A DNA stretch of 64,000 nucleotides, taken from the NCBI GenBank assembly GCA_003971905.1, contig RSEE01000002.1, positions 372,001 through 436,000 of the forward strand. The letters are read 5' to 3'. Shown one piece after another: positions 24,219-36,165 of this stretch. The notes under the pieces were generated by a model, which worked only from the letters and a program-made list of their open reading frames with translations, was not told where the DNA came from and did no database searches. Origin of the DNA: Moniliella sp. 'wahieum' (Eukaryota). The number at the start of each line of letters is the position of its first letter. Within the stretch, counting starts at the first letter, position 1. The translations under genes were made by a program, and so were the position numbers.

Positions 24219-25847
24219 TTAGTAGGGGTGATACTGGTACGCTGGCTCGCCGTACCCGGCGTAGCCATAACCGTGACCTTCATACCCCTGTCCACCCGGC
24301 AGGGGGGCTGGTAACTACCCGGAGCGGGGCAGGGTCGTAGGCCGCTCGGGGCGGCGGGTACTCCGGGGTGACAGTCGGTGCCAACTTGAGTTCCGAGCCA
24401 GCGTCATGGAGCGGCACGTACTTGGCGTTCCCGCCCGCCCGGCTGGGCGCGGCGAATCCGGCCGCCGTTCCTCCCAGCGCTGCACTGGTCGGCAAGTTAC
24501 TCGACCTACTCTGCCTCTTCCGCCGCCAGTAGTACCGGCAGCAGCACACGACCACTAACCATGCCACCAGCCCGCCCGCCACGGCAATGGCCACAATGAT
24601 CCCGATTTTGATCTTGGATTTGGTCGAGGTGTGTTTGCTGTCCTGGCTCTGGCTTCCCGTCGTTCCCGTTGCCTCGTTGCGGACCGAGGCAGGAAGCTGA
24701 TCGCCACTGCCGTCCCAGCTGTTGGAGTTCTTCACTTGCGGGTTGGTCGAGGAAGCGTAGCCGGGCATACCCGGCGCAGCGCCATAATCCAGATCGGCCA
24801 AGCGGGTGAGGGGAGCGGTGCTGGTGCGGAAGCCAGGGTGGCTCGACGAGCTGTCGCCCGAGTAATTCTGGCCCGAGTACACCCAGCTGGTCACGGAATT
24901 GTTCGACTGGCGACGCGAGGGCGACGAGGCGGCATGGGTGCACTGCACCGTGTAGTTGAGCAGCTCGTGGGAATAGTAGCCTTGCTTGGTGTACTCGGGC
25001 GTGGTCCAATCGATCGCGCCACCAGCCCAGGCTTGTACCCCCTCGCCCTCCGTTGCGTTGCCTCCTGCCCACATGGAAAATTGGACGCGGGAGGGCGATT
25101 GGGGGTACCAGCCGTCGCAATCGGATGCCTTGAGGGTGCGGACCACCTGGCCATCAATCAGCCATTGCAGTTGCTCTGGCTGCCAGTTCAGTCCATACAC
25201 GTGCACATCGTCCACGTTCCAGGGGCTGGTCTGGTTCAGCGTCTTGGGCTGGCGGTGGTCTTGCATACCAAACGTTGGTCTGGGTGTTGGTCGGATCGGC
25301 GGTGGTGAACTCCCAGTCAATCTCGTCGCCCACGTCGGACATGGTGATGAAGCTCGCCACAACACCAGCACGCGCCTCATGACGAAGAGCGGCCTCAATG
25401 GTGCCGTACAGGATGTAGTTGGTGCTGGACAGCTTGACCTGGCTGCCCTGCGTCATTTCCAGCAGCACCCCCTGCTCGCCCTGGCCAAGAAAGCCATTGT
25501 CCAGCGTAAAGGCCGGAGCGGCGGTGCCATTGTAGGCGAGGATGGGCATAAAGTAGTCCGTGTTGTTGTAGTCGGTCGGCTTGAAGCTGAGGCTCATGTC
25601 CTTGCACAGGCATCGGCGCACAGCTGTCGGGCGCATGGGACGCCAAGGGATTGCACCCGTTGGCGCAGTACATGGCGCCCTTGCCACACGTACCGCCCAT
25701 GCAGCACGGCGTGCTAGCGGGGCACTGGCTGCTGGCACTGCAGCTCGTCTGGGCAGCGACGGCGGTGACGGCGGCGAGGCCCACGAGGGCAGCGAGCACG
25801 CGTGTGGAGGCAGCCTGCCGGCGCGGGGGGCGGCGGAGCACACGCAT
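24219..25847 (-). CDS. GH16 Crh/Utr2-like chitin transglycosylase with N-terminal Cys-rich chitin-binding module and C-terminal TM helix
   Basis: Signal peptide, CSASSQCPASTPCCMGGTCG..YCANGCNPLAS, LSSTNYILYG, FITMSDVGDEIDWE (GH16 ExDxE), YPQSPSRVQFSMWAGG, WAGGAIDW. Frameshifts make the end approximate. Confidence 0.88.
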
Positions 25848-27080
25848 CGCAGACACCGAGGCGGAGGAGTGGTGGAGGAGGTCGGAGAGCAGAAGAAGGG
25901 CGAGCAGGCGCAGCGGATGGCGGCTGTCCTGCGGCTGCCATGCGGCCGTTGCACTTGCCTAGTGCAGCCGCCCGGCCGGTGTCACCTGTCAGGCTCCTGC
26001 GGCCTGCAGCCTGAGGCACACTGCTGGCGTGCGCCCGGCTGGCCGAATGTGCCCCGTGCAGCTCGGTGGAACAGCGCGCCACCGCAGACCCAGGCGCGGC
26101 GCCAGTGGCACGTCCCTGCTCCGCCCTGTTGCGCCGTGCCGCCCCCGGCTTCCCGGCTGCTGGCAGTGCCTAGTGCCCCCCGCCCAGGGGCAAGCCGTCG
26201 ACCGTTTCGGCACTTCTGCCCTGCTGCCCCGCGCTGCGAGGACGCTGTCACTTGGCAGACAGGCGCAGTGCTGCGCACGGAGGTCCGTGGCACACTGAGC
26301 GTGTGAGCACCTCCGGCCCTGCTCTGCCCCCGTGCTGGACCACCGGACGGACACTGTCACCCACCCGCAGGCTTCAATTGAACAATGCGTGGAACCAGCT
26401 GGTAACTGGAACTGGCAACCCTACCCCCCCTCTGGTGCCAGGTCCTGCTGCCCTGCACCCCCTTAACGGAGTTGGCCGTCCGTCGGGACCATTGGTTGCC
26501 CCAGGTTGCCACCATGGCCAGGGCAAGTTGAAAGTTTGATTCGTTTGCCACGTCCATCAGCACCAGCATCAGCATCCATCCCAGGGCGAGGGATCCCCAG
26601 CCTCTCCACCACCTCCTTTCCCAACTAACCACTGACCACTAAGCGTTGGGTCAGCAGTGTGGACCACACATCTTTTGATGGACCACAACGGCCAGGCCAC
26701 GGCTGACTTCCTATGTTCTTCCCCATCCACGGGAATCGTGTAAGTACGGCCCACAGCATTCACGCACACTTCATGATGGAAGAAACGGCATTCGCACCTG
26801 CTCTCCTTCTCTTCTTCCCGCTGATGCATGATGAAGCACCTAACGGACCTGGTCTACACAGTAGTGACAACGATGTGGGGAGGGGCAGGGACGAATGACG
26901 CATGGAATGACGCATGCGGCCCAGGCGAGCAATACAAATACAACTCGGGGAAGAGACATGGTACATGTCGGTGCAGCATGGAAGCAGGCGAATGGCAAGG
27001 GGGGGGGGGGCAGAGCGCAAAAACAAAAAGACGGATGGTGCAATAGAGGACCCAACGGCCAGATGACCGCCAGCGGCCAC

Positions 27081-28210
27081 CTAGGCAAACGAGGCAAAGC
27101 CTGGGACAAGCATGTGAGGCGACTTGGACGGAAGCTGTACATACCAAAAGAGAACACACAAAGCAAACAAGGGCCCAAGGCCGGGGGAAAGCATAGGGAA
27201 GCCACCTAGGATCAGCGTTCGAGGAAAGCAAGAAAAGCGCACAGACAGGAAACAAACTTGCCCAGTGTTTTGTACATCAAACGCACACTCCCATTCGTGC
27301 TTCGGCTCCGATTGGACCGGGGGACTGGGCGAGGAAGAGAAAGGATCGGAGAAGGCCAGTGTGGTGGGAGAGCTGCTGAGCTTCGTCTCGGCATGCGGCT
27401 GTGCGCCGTACATGGCAAGGGGCACGTCAGACGGGGGTTTTGGCATGGCAGGCGTGTAGAACGGCAGCACAGCTGAGGATGGCGGCGTAGGTACTGAGGT
27501 GGTGGACCGCTGCGACATACTGCCCGGACTGAGAGGAGTGGGTTCACTCAGCACGCTCAGGCCCAGCTCGCGCGAAGAGACGGACTGCATCGAGGCCAAA
27601 TCAATCTCGGTAAATGGGCTGGTCGAATGCGTGGGTGGGCGAGAGATCGGGATGGCACCGGTCGGCGAGGGGGCAGGTCTCAAGGACACGGCTGGTTGAG
27701 CATCCACTTGGACCGGGGGGGACGAGGTGTGGGTACACCATGCGCCTGGGGGCCCGGTTGAGAATAATGAGGACTCTCGGGCTGACCCGAGGGACGGGCT
27801 GAGGTTGAGTAGTGCCTTGAGCCTGCATCGACGTAGAAAGAGGCTTGTCGGCCGAGGCGAGCGGGAGCTGCGCGGCCTCGAGCTGCGCGAGGTCCCCATG
27901 GTGGGCAAGAAGGCAGTGCTCGACAAGCGAACGCAAGTGTGCATTCTCACGCCGGACAAGGTAGTTGTCCATCTCCACCTGGGTCAACTGGGCAGGTGAG
28001 GAAGAGCATGGGTCGCGTTGCGAGGCACGTTGAAGGTCGGATTGGAGTTGCTCAATCTGTGCCTTGAGCTGGCCATTCTCGGTGGTGAGCTGCTCCAACA
28101 AGATCTTCCTCCGGTCACGGAAGCGGGCGACCGCTTGGGCGTTCTTGGACTTGGCGGGCGGGGGGCATTGAGCGCGTGGGAGGTGCGCTTAGGCGAAGCG
28201 GGCGGCATGG
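27081..28210 (-). CDS. bZIP transcription factor (basic region hidden by a frameshift)
   Basis: Reading 28160-28040 in the frame of the 27601-28101 ORF gives SKNAQAVARFRDRRKILLEQLTTENGQLKAQIEQLQSDL, a basic N-x7-R motif plus leucine heptads. Ser/Pro-rich tail; end uncertain. Confidence 0.7.
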
Positions 28211-31200
28211 TGCAAGCCAACGGCGGGGGTGACAGCGGGGCGGGAGGAGGTCGAGAGGAAGGGGGGGAAGAGGGGAAGAGAAGTGCGGGGCCGCGGGCGG
28301 GGTCTGGATCTTATATCGGGGCCACCCTCTGCCCCCGACGGGCCTGGCGGCAAGGGGGACGACACACCGTGGGCCACATGGCCACACTGGCTGGGTGCGT
28401 GTCGTGGCAGTGCCGGACATGCCTGGCCTGCTGCCTGCGCACATGCCCTTCGCTATGCCCGACCCACCCCAATCTGAGCTGGGCGCGCGCCCTGCCGCAC
28501 GGGGGCGCACCGAAGACCGAAGACCCCCGAGCTCCGCGCGAGGTCGGCGCAGCTGACAGAGGCGCAGTGCAGCTGCGTGGCTGGCACAGCAGCCGCCAAG
28601 GCCCGCTCGTCTCATCGATCATCGATCATAGCGTTATCAATATATCAATCATCAACATCTGGTCGTTCTGACTGGCCTGGCCAGCGCATGGCGTGGACCC
28701 CTGCTGGCTTGTACGCCACTGCCGCTGCTGGCTTGCGTCACACATCACCCTTCAAGCTCCAGAGCTTCCAATCTCAGATCTCAGAGCGTCCGCACCCCGC
28801 GCCCAGCAGCACCACGCCACAGCCGTGTTGGTCCTCAACGTGCAACCCAGGCTCAGGCCTCAGGCTCAGGGCCCCATCCATCATCCATCATCTTCACTGG
28901 CGTATTGCTGGCTTCCCATTGCATGAACACGCCAGGTATCACACATCCACATCACATGCACACCTGCCCACCAGGGGGCTTTGCAAGGGAGCGGGGTGGC
29001 AAGGCGGGTGGCGGCCAGTGCGGGGTGGCTAGTTGGAACGATGGGAGAAGATAGGATGGGACGAGATCTCAGATTGCGGCATGAGATTGAGATTGAGATC
29101 TTAGAGACATGCGATGCCCGTGGCGCGTGGCGCGTGTGGCCTGAGGACCTTAACGTTTAACGTTTTCCGCCCTTCAAAGCTTCAACTTCAACGCTCCCAT
29201 CGCCACGCATCAACGTGAGCTTTTGCACAGGGCGTCGGGGAATGCGAGACGTGTGGACATATGGTCGGGCTTCTACGGCCTTAAGATACTTGGTGGCGTC
29301 AGCGCGCCAGCGCGCGTCAGCATGGGTCGGTCGGTCAGCGCTCAGCGCGCTCAGCTGAGCCATAAAGTACGCCGAGACAAAGCGGCTGGGCCATGTGCAG
29401 GGCAAAGCAGTAAGTTGATCGATGAGATGATCGGTGATGATCGAAGATTGACGTGAGACAACCCACCTCCGAACCTCCGCCGCGATGGCTTTCCCTCGCG
29501 CGCACCCCAACGCAGCCTCTTCCACCCTGTCTCGTTTCGAGCCCTCGGCGCGAGGACGGAGAATATTAAAGCCAATATAACAGTCTCGGCCCTCAATCTT
29601 ATCGGTCTAATCGATAATCGACATGCATCATGCACCATGCATCAGGCCTGACCTCAGGCCTCAGGCATACATGGCGAGCGGTGTTGGGTGTTGGGTGCTG
29701 GTACTCAGATCTCAGACGAAGAGTGGTCGCCAACAAATTGTGTCATCGTGCATCGATGAATAATCGAAGCCATCCCTAGCCGTGTTTCGCGTGTCTTCGC
29801 GTGCTGGATGGTGGCGAAGTGAGGTGGATTCGATAATTGTCCGCCTCCGACTCGCAGATAATCGAGATAACTTGATCGATGATCGATAATGCACGATCAT
29901 CGATAGCTATGATAGTAACTCGATACCTTCGATAACTAGTAATAACTAGCTTAGCTAGCTTAGCTCCAGAATCGAAAGTCGACGAAACACCCTGGCCGAT
30001 TCGGTAGGAGGAATAAGCGCTAAGCGCACACGTGCGCTTTACATGCTTCAACATGTAACATGTAACTCACCAGCTGATTAATGATTCGTACCCGCCTGTG
30101 TCCTTCTTCTGCTGAGTGCGCTGAGAACCCGGGCGCTGAGAGAAAGAGACTGAGTACTGAGATCGAGATCCTCGGACGTGATCCGCGTGTGATGCCAATG
30201 GGTGCAGGGCGCATAATCCATCCTCGATGGGGCATCCACTCTCACACCCTTCGCCCTCCTTCACCGGTCACCAGTCACCCTCTCAAAAACCATAAGCGCA
30301 TAAGCGTTAAACGTGTTAAATGTTAACCTTAAAGCTTAACGTTAAATAGCGTTTGTAAATAGCGTTTGTGGCTGGCACAGCTTGTTTCCCCGCAGTGTGG
30401 CCAAAATGCCCAAGCCCCGACTATGGATTATCGATTATCGATTATCTCTCGGTTACCGGTTATCCCGGTTACCGGTTATCGATCATCCCCGACATGGTAG
30501 TACATGAAGTTTTTGAAGCTTTTGAAGCTGCATGATGCGTTAGTGACGTGTAACGCGTAACGCACCTGTAGCCCGGCCCTAATCGCGGTAACCGTGCAAC
30601 ATGTACAAGAAAACGCGGGGTTGTTATATCCTCTCTCTTCGTACATCGAATACATCTTCTTGTTGCCCCATCTTGCATCGCATAATGTCACAGGCGAAAG
30701 ATGGTAGCCCCCACACATGGGTCGCATCATCGACGCCATTGATAAGCCACACTTGAAGTCTTTTACCGCCTCTATAGGCACCCTGGAGACGTGCGCGATG
30801 GAATTGGGGATCGCAGGTGCAGTGTTAACGTCTCAAAATCAGCGTCAAACTGAAGAGAAATAACGGATTAGCAGCATGGCAGAAGGTGTGGCTGGCGAGG
30901 AGTGCAGAGACGGGGGGTGCAGGACATTATCAAACAGTTGTGGTCTCTTCGTTGAGACAGAACTGCGCCCAGCGCGATGATGTGCAACATCAGTTGGGAT
31001 GCTGAAAACGGAACAATGCTGAAAGGCTGACAACCCAGAGCCTGTTCTCTCAGCAGGCAGTGGACGGGCAGGAGTGCGCCGAACGGGTGGAGCGAGAGAG
31101 CAGCGTGACGTCATGATGAGGCCACCATTGCATTCGACCCCACACGCTCATAGTATAGCTGACTTCGCCTGTTGTGGAGCAAGCCCGGGAATGCGCAAAA

Positions 31201-31791
31201 GAAAACGCCAAGTATACCCCACGGACGCGTGCACCCAAGGTTCGTCCTCCTACGTCGGTCATGGTGGCGCGTATATAGGTAGTGTGGAATGAATTGACTG
31301 TGTGAATATAGTCTTATATTGGAGAGATGGTTTATTCCCGCTCACATGTCTAGTACCACGCTCATCCGTATCCGCCCGCGCTACATTATCCGGTCTGGAA
31401 GCAAATGGCAGGCAACCGAGGGTGCAGGACTGGTGGCGACTCCACTGATTTCCTAATACGAATTGGGTTTGGGTACGAGCAAAAGCAGAGCACGTCGAAT
31501 GAATGAGTCCGTTAAACGTTAAGCGTGGCGCATCTTTCTCACTGTCCATACATTTTAGAATGCAAGCGTAGCGTGTCATTTATGAACGCAAGGATAGAGT
31601 CGCGTCATCTCTCGTCTGATGGTATGTGGGGGCTACTAGTAGGTATTCTACATTTAAGTCCTCCCTGCGAATGTAAAGAGTACATGAATACAGTCCTGTG
31701 TTCAATGGGGGGTGGAAGGCATATGGGGGGCGGAGTGATGTGATGAGGCGGAAAGGGGGGCACTGGCCCGAGGTTTCGACCACTGCATGGC

Positions 31792-33477
31792 TTACTTTTT
31801 GCCAAACTGGTTCTCCGAGTTGTACGAACCCATGGCGGCCGTCGACGACACACCGCCCGTGACGGTTTTGAGCAACGAGTCGACGTAGCTGGCGCCGGAC
31901 CATTTTTGGTGGGTGAGCGTGTCGGTGCCGAGGTCGCGCTCCTTGCGCTGCACAATCTCCACGTACGCCTTCATGCCTTCCGTGGCAAAGTTCTTGGCAA
32001 ACAGGTCGGAGATGTAGGCATCGGTGTGCAAGCCGGCAAGCGTGATGAATTGGAAGATGAACCCAAGCTTGCCCAGGTCCCACACGTAGTCCTTCATCTG
32101 CGACGTGTTGAGCCCGGCAGCATCCCAGTTGAACGAGGGCGAAAGGTTGTACGCGAGCCACTGGTGCGGGACCGCGGCGTGCACGCCGTCGGCAAATTCC
32201 TTGGCCTGGGCATAGATGGGCGACTTGGTCTCCATCCAGATCAGGTCAGCGTAAGGGCTAAAGGCAATGGCACGGTTGATCGCACACTGCGTGCCACCCT
32301 GGTAGCGGTAGTAGCCTTCCCGCGTCCGGGGCGCGTCCCAGTCCCAGAAAAAGTCCGTCACGCCATACTTGGCCGCCAGGGCGCGGGCCGCATGGTTCGA
32401 CAGCCCCTTGGCCTCGGCCTGGAATTTGGCTACATCCCCTCCCTTGGCCTTGATTGCGTCGGCCACAGCGTCCCCAAACAGTTTGAGCCCAGCGGCAGCC
32501 ACCCAGTCGTCCTCGACTTTTTGCAGCGCATCGCCCGACGCGCCAGCGGCCTCAGCACGGTTCATGACCGTAACCAGAGGCTCGAGGAGGCGTTGGTGGA
32601 ACCAATGATGAACGCGTGGTCGCGCTCGTCAATGTTGGACGTGATCAGAGTAGCTGCCTCCGAGTCGGTCCGGGCGACAGCAATGTTGTCGACGCCCATA
32701 ATGTCGTACTGGAAACGGATCGCGATCAGACGGTTGATGTGCTCCTGGATCGGCACCAGCACCTTGCCGGCCATGTGGCCACACTTTTTGGTACCGGGAG
32801 CCTGGTCCTCAATGTGGATACCGGCCGCACCTTTCTCGACAAAGAGCTTGGTCAGCTTCATCACCGCCGTCAGGCCACCGTGGCCCGTGTCGGCGTCGGC
32901 CACAATGGGACGAAGGTAGTCCGTGTAGGGCGTTTGGGCGCGTTGCTCGGCGGTCAAGCTGGAGCGCGCTTCGCGCTGCTTGCGGTCGTGGAAGAGCTGG
33001 GCCATGAAAAGGTGCTCGACCTTGTTGGGGACGGTGTTGTACGGGTAGTCGGCCAAATCAGGGCCGGGCTCGTTGGTCGAGCTAGCGGTCGAAGACGATT
33101 GCCAGCCCGACACGTACACAGCCTCAAGGTACTTGGCCATCTGGGTCACCTGGACGGGGTCCAGCGCACCGTAGGTGTGGGACGGGGTCTTGTTGGCCCA
33201 GTGCTGTTCAAGCAGGCCCCACAGCTTCTTGGCCTGCAGGTTGGAAGGGTATTCAATGGGGATGGTGCCGCGCTTGGAAACAACCTGGGCGGCCGTGTAG
33301 GGCCGCTTGGTGTGGGCAAAGCGGGACGACTAACGATGACAAGGGCGGGGGAGGTCAGCGGAGCCCAAGCAGCAGCAGCAGCAGACGAGAGCGTAGACGA
33401 CGTACCTGCCACCACTGTTCCACAGCCTTGACTTCGGCGTCAAAGGTGCGCTGTTCTGCGTCGGAGGAGATGCCCAT
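31792..33477 (-). CDS. ICL1: Isocitrate lyase
   Basis: [55 protein letters not shown] (catalytic KKCGHM), [18 protein letters not shown]. Intron 33330-33405; one frameshift near 32570. Confidence 0.97.
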
Positions 33478-34616
33478 GGTGGAGGAAGAGGGAAAGACAG
33501 GAAGAGGGGAGGGATGGCAGGAAACGAGGCGGAGGGAGCGGGGGGAGGGGATTTAAAAGCAAAACGGGAGGGGCGGGCGGAGATGGTGTGGGAAGGAAGG
33601 GGGGGCGGCGGAGGCTGGCCGCGTGCCGATCGATGGGGTCTGGGGGCCGGGCGCAAGCGGACGTGAGGGTGATTATGATTGGTGGCGGCGGAGGACCAGA
33701 AGATGGTGCAGCACGGCGGAACCGCTTGTGCCGGGCCGGGTCGGCAGCCGCGAATCGCGCCGGGCTGGACGCGGAGCGGCTGAGCCTCAGCGCTGGCCCC
33801 GGGCGGAGCCGCTGAGGGCGGAGGAGCGCCGGGCGCTGACTACGACTGGCGCTGTGCCGACGGGGGGTGACGTCACACATGTCGCGGGCGGCGCTTTCAG
33901 CTGCTGCTGGGCTGCCTTCCCCACACTTGGTACTTTGTGAGCTGCTCCGGGCGCACACCGGTGTCGGCCTGGCTGGGGAGCCGGATGGGGCCGGATGCAG
34001 ACCGTCGCGACCTTTGCGCTTCTTCTGCGCGCCAAAGCCGCCGACGCGCAGCCGAAGCTGGAGCGCAAGCGGGTGCGGACTTGGCGGAATTGTTGGCGGG
34101 TGTTCTTCGCAGCGGCAGAGGCGCTCAGACTGAGCGCTGAGGCAGCCATCCTGCTATGACCGCAAGCGCCGGGCGGCATACGCTTGAAATTGTGAAACGT
34201 TGTGCGTTGGCGATGCGGCGGCCGCTGCGGCCGCAGCAGGCTGATGCACTGAGTACTGAGTTCAGTACTGATGGCGCTCAGCCTGATCAGATGGACGACC
34301 AGCGCATGCTGAGGTAAGCCCCACGCGGTCGGATATCCGCGGCCCGATGCAAGTTTCAAGAGGGACTGGTGATGGCATCATGCATCGCGTCAGAGGCGGT
34401 CGTAATGCATAACTAGTAACTAGAGATGGATGCCTAGAGATGGATGCCTTGATGCGATCGATGAGATCAATCAGCACGTTGAGTGGTCGTTGGATGCTGA
34501 CGCTCAGCTGAGCTCAGACGCGCCCCGCCTCCACCTCCGCTCCGCCTCCGCATGTTGGCTCGGCGTGCGGCCGCTGCTCCCCAGCGTACTCCCCCCTTCG
34601 CGGTGCTCTAGTCGCC

Positions 34617-36023
34617 ATGGACGCCGAGCTCTTCGTCGCCGTGCCCATCTTGGTGCTCGTCCAGATCCTGGCCAGCGCCACAGCCATCGCGCTCGATGCC
34701 CTCTACGCCTTGGTCGATGGCCTGCTCAGCGTCACACTTCCACCCGCGCCCTTCTCCACGCCCGACACACACCCTTCGCACTTCTTCCCCTTTCTCTGGC
34801 CGCCCTGGGTTCGTTCGCCGCGTCCCAAGCAGTCCCCAGACCCCCTGTGTCCCGTCTGCCCCGCCACGCCCTCGGTCCCATCCAGCGTCGTCGCCGACCT
34901 GTCCCGCCTGCCCGTCGAGATCCAGCTGCAGATCCTAGGGTACGTGGCCAGTCCTCTCTGTGGCAGGCAGGCCAGCAAGGTGCTGTGTCTGTCGCGCGGA
35001 TACAAGCAGGTCATGGAGCGCCGCATCTATCGCTGCATCCGCCTGCGCTCTTGCTACGCTGCGCAGCAGCTGCGCGCCACCCTCCTTCTCCACAACCCCT
35101 CCTTGGCCCAGCTGGTCGAGTCGATCCAAATCTCCATCCGCCCTCCTCCGATCCGCGCGCCCTCGTGCCCCGCCTCCTTGGTGCCGGCCCGACGCGGCAT
35201 TTGGCGCCAGTCGCGCCAGGTGGCCTTCAAGGCTCTATGGCAGGGCTTGTGTGGTGCGGTCCAGGATGCGACGCCGGGAGCGTTGGCAGAACGCAAACAG
35301 CACATGGATCTCGATCCGCTTACGCTGCTGACACTTGCCCGCCACTTGGAACAAATATTACAAGTTGCGCCTCGGGTTACGGAGGTGTGCATCTCTGGCC
35401 CCGAGGCACGAGCCTTGCAGGCCACTGGTGCATGGGCGCGCTTAGGACACGCACGGTCCTGCCTGCCTCGTAGGCTCATGATCGAATGGCCCTCGGCCAG
35501 TCCATTGGAAGGAGACACGCCCGACATGCGTATGATCCACTGCCTTCTTTCCCAGCACATCTTTCGACAGGTTGATCACCTTCACCTGCTTGTGCCTGGG
35601 GTATGTGGACCGATGCGCCAGCTGCGGGTAGCTCTGCCGCAAGTTAGCACGGTTACGCTCCATTGGGCGGTGGAAGAGCCGATGGATTCGGGGATTGTTC
35701 TGGAACACATGTTGAAAGCGCTTTATGAGCTACGCTGCCCGCCCATTGGGCCTGGAGGGACAGACGCTCTCAATTTAGCTGAATACGACCGAATCACTGT
35801 ATGGGCGCCTTGTCTGCTCGCCCGGAAATTGGCCCGTCTGCTCTCGGACGTTCGGTGGGCCACTGGGCTCGAGTTCTCGTGCCCTCCCCTCAGCCCTTGT
35901 CTTCGTTCGGAGGACAGGGTAGGGCTGTTGCCACCCGTATATGTGGGTGCAAGACTGGAGGAGCACGAAGAGGACCCTATGGCCCAATGGTATGGGGACC
36001 GGATGGCTCGAATATGGGCATGA
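34617..36023 (+). CDS. Hypothetical protein with hydrophobic N-terminus and F-box-like motif
   Basis: Intact 468-aa ORF. DLSRLPVEIQLQILGYV...LCLSRGYKQVMERRIYRCIRL resembles fungal F-box proteins. Confidence 0.6.
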   Translation: MDAELFVAVPILVLVQILASATAIALDALYALVDGLLSVTLPPAPFSTPDTHPSHFFPFLWPPWVRSPRPKQSPDPLCPVCPATPSVPSSVVADLSRLPVEIQLQILGYVASPLCGRQASKVLCLSRGYKQVMERRIYRCIRLRSCYAAQQLRATLLLHNPSLAQLVESIQISIRPPPIRAPSCPASLVPARRGIWRQSRQVAFKALWQGLCGAVQDATPGALAERKQHMDLDPLTLLTLARHLEQILQVAPRVTEVCISGPEARALQATGAWARLGHARSCLPRRLMIEWPSASPLEGDTPDMRMIHCLLSQHIFRQVDHLHLLVPGVCGPMRQLRVALPQVSTVTLHWAVEEPMDSGIVLEHMLKALYELRCPPIGPGGTDALNLAEYDRITVWAPCLLARKLARLLSDVRWATGLEFSCPPLSPCLRSEDRVGLLPPVYVGARLEEHEEDPMAQWYGDRMARIWA

Positions 36024-36165
36024 GCGAATGCGCCCCTCGCTATATCGGTTTGTATTGTACTCCTCCAGTCGTACCTTTGCATCTAATCTCTATTCATACC
36101 CAGTCGCTCGACTGCCTTTTGGTGGATACAATGGTCATAGACGTTATGGGGATTGCGCAGCGTAC

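Noticed and set aside
31906..33431. Long antisense ORFs over ICL1 (similar ones over RQC1, GH16 and GH47)
   Set aside because: Expected by-product of high GC3 codon bias.
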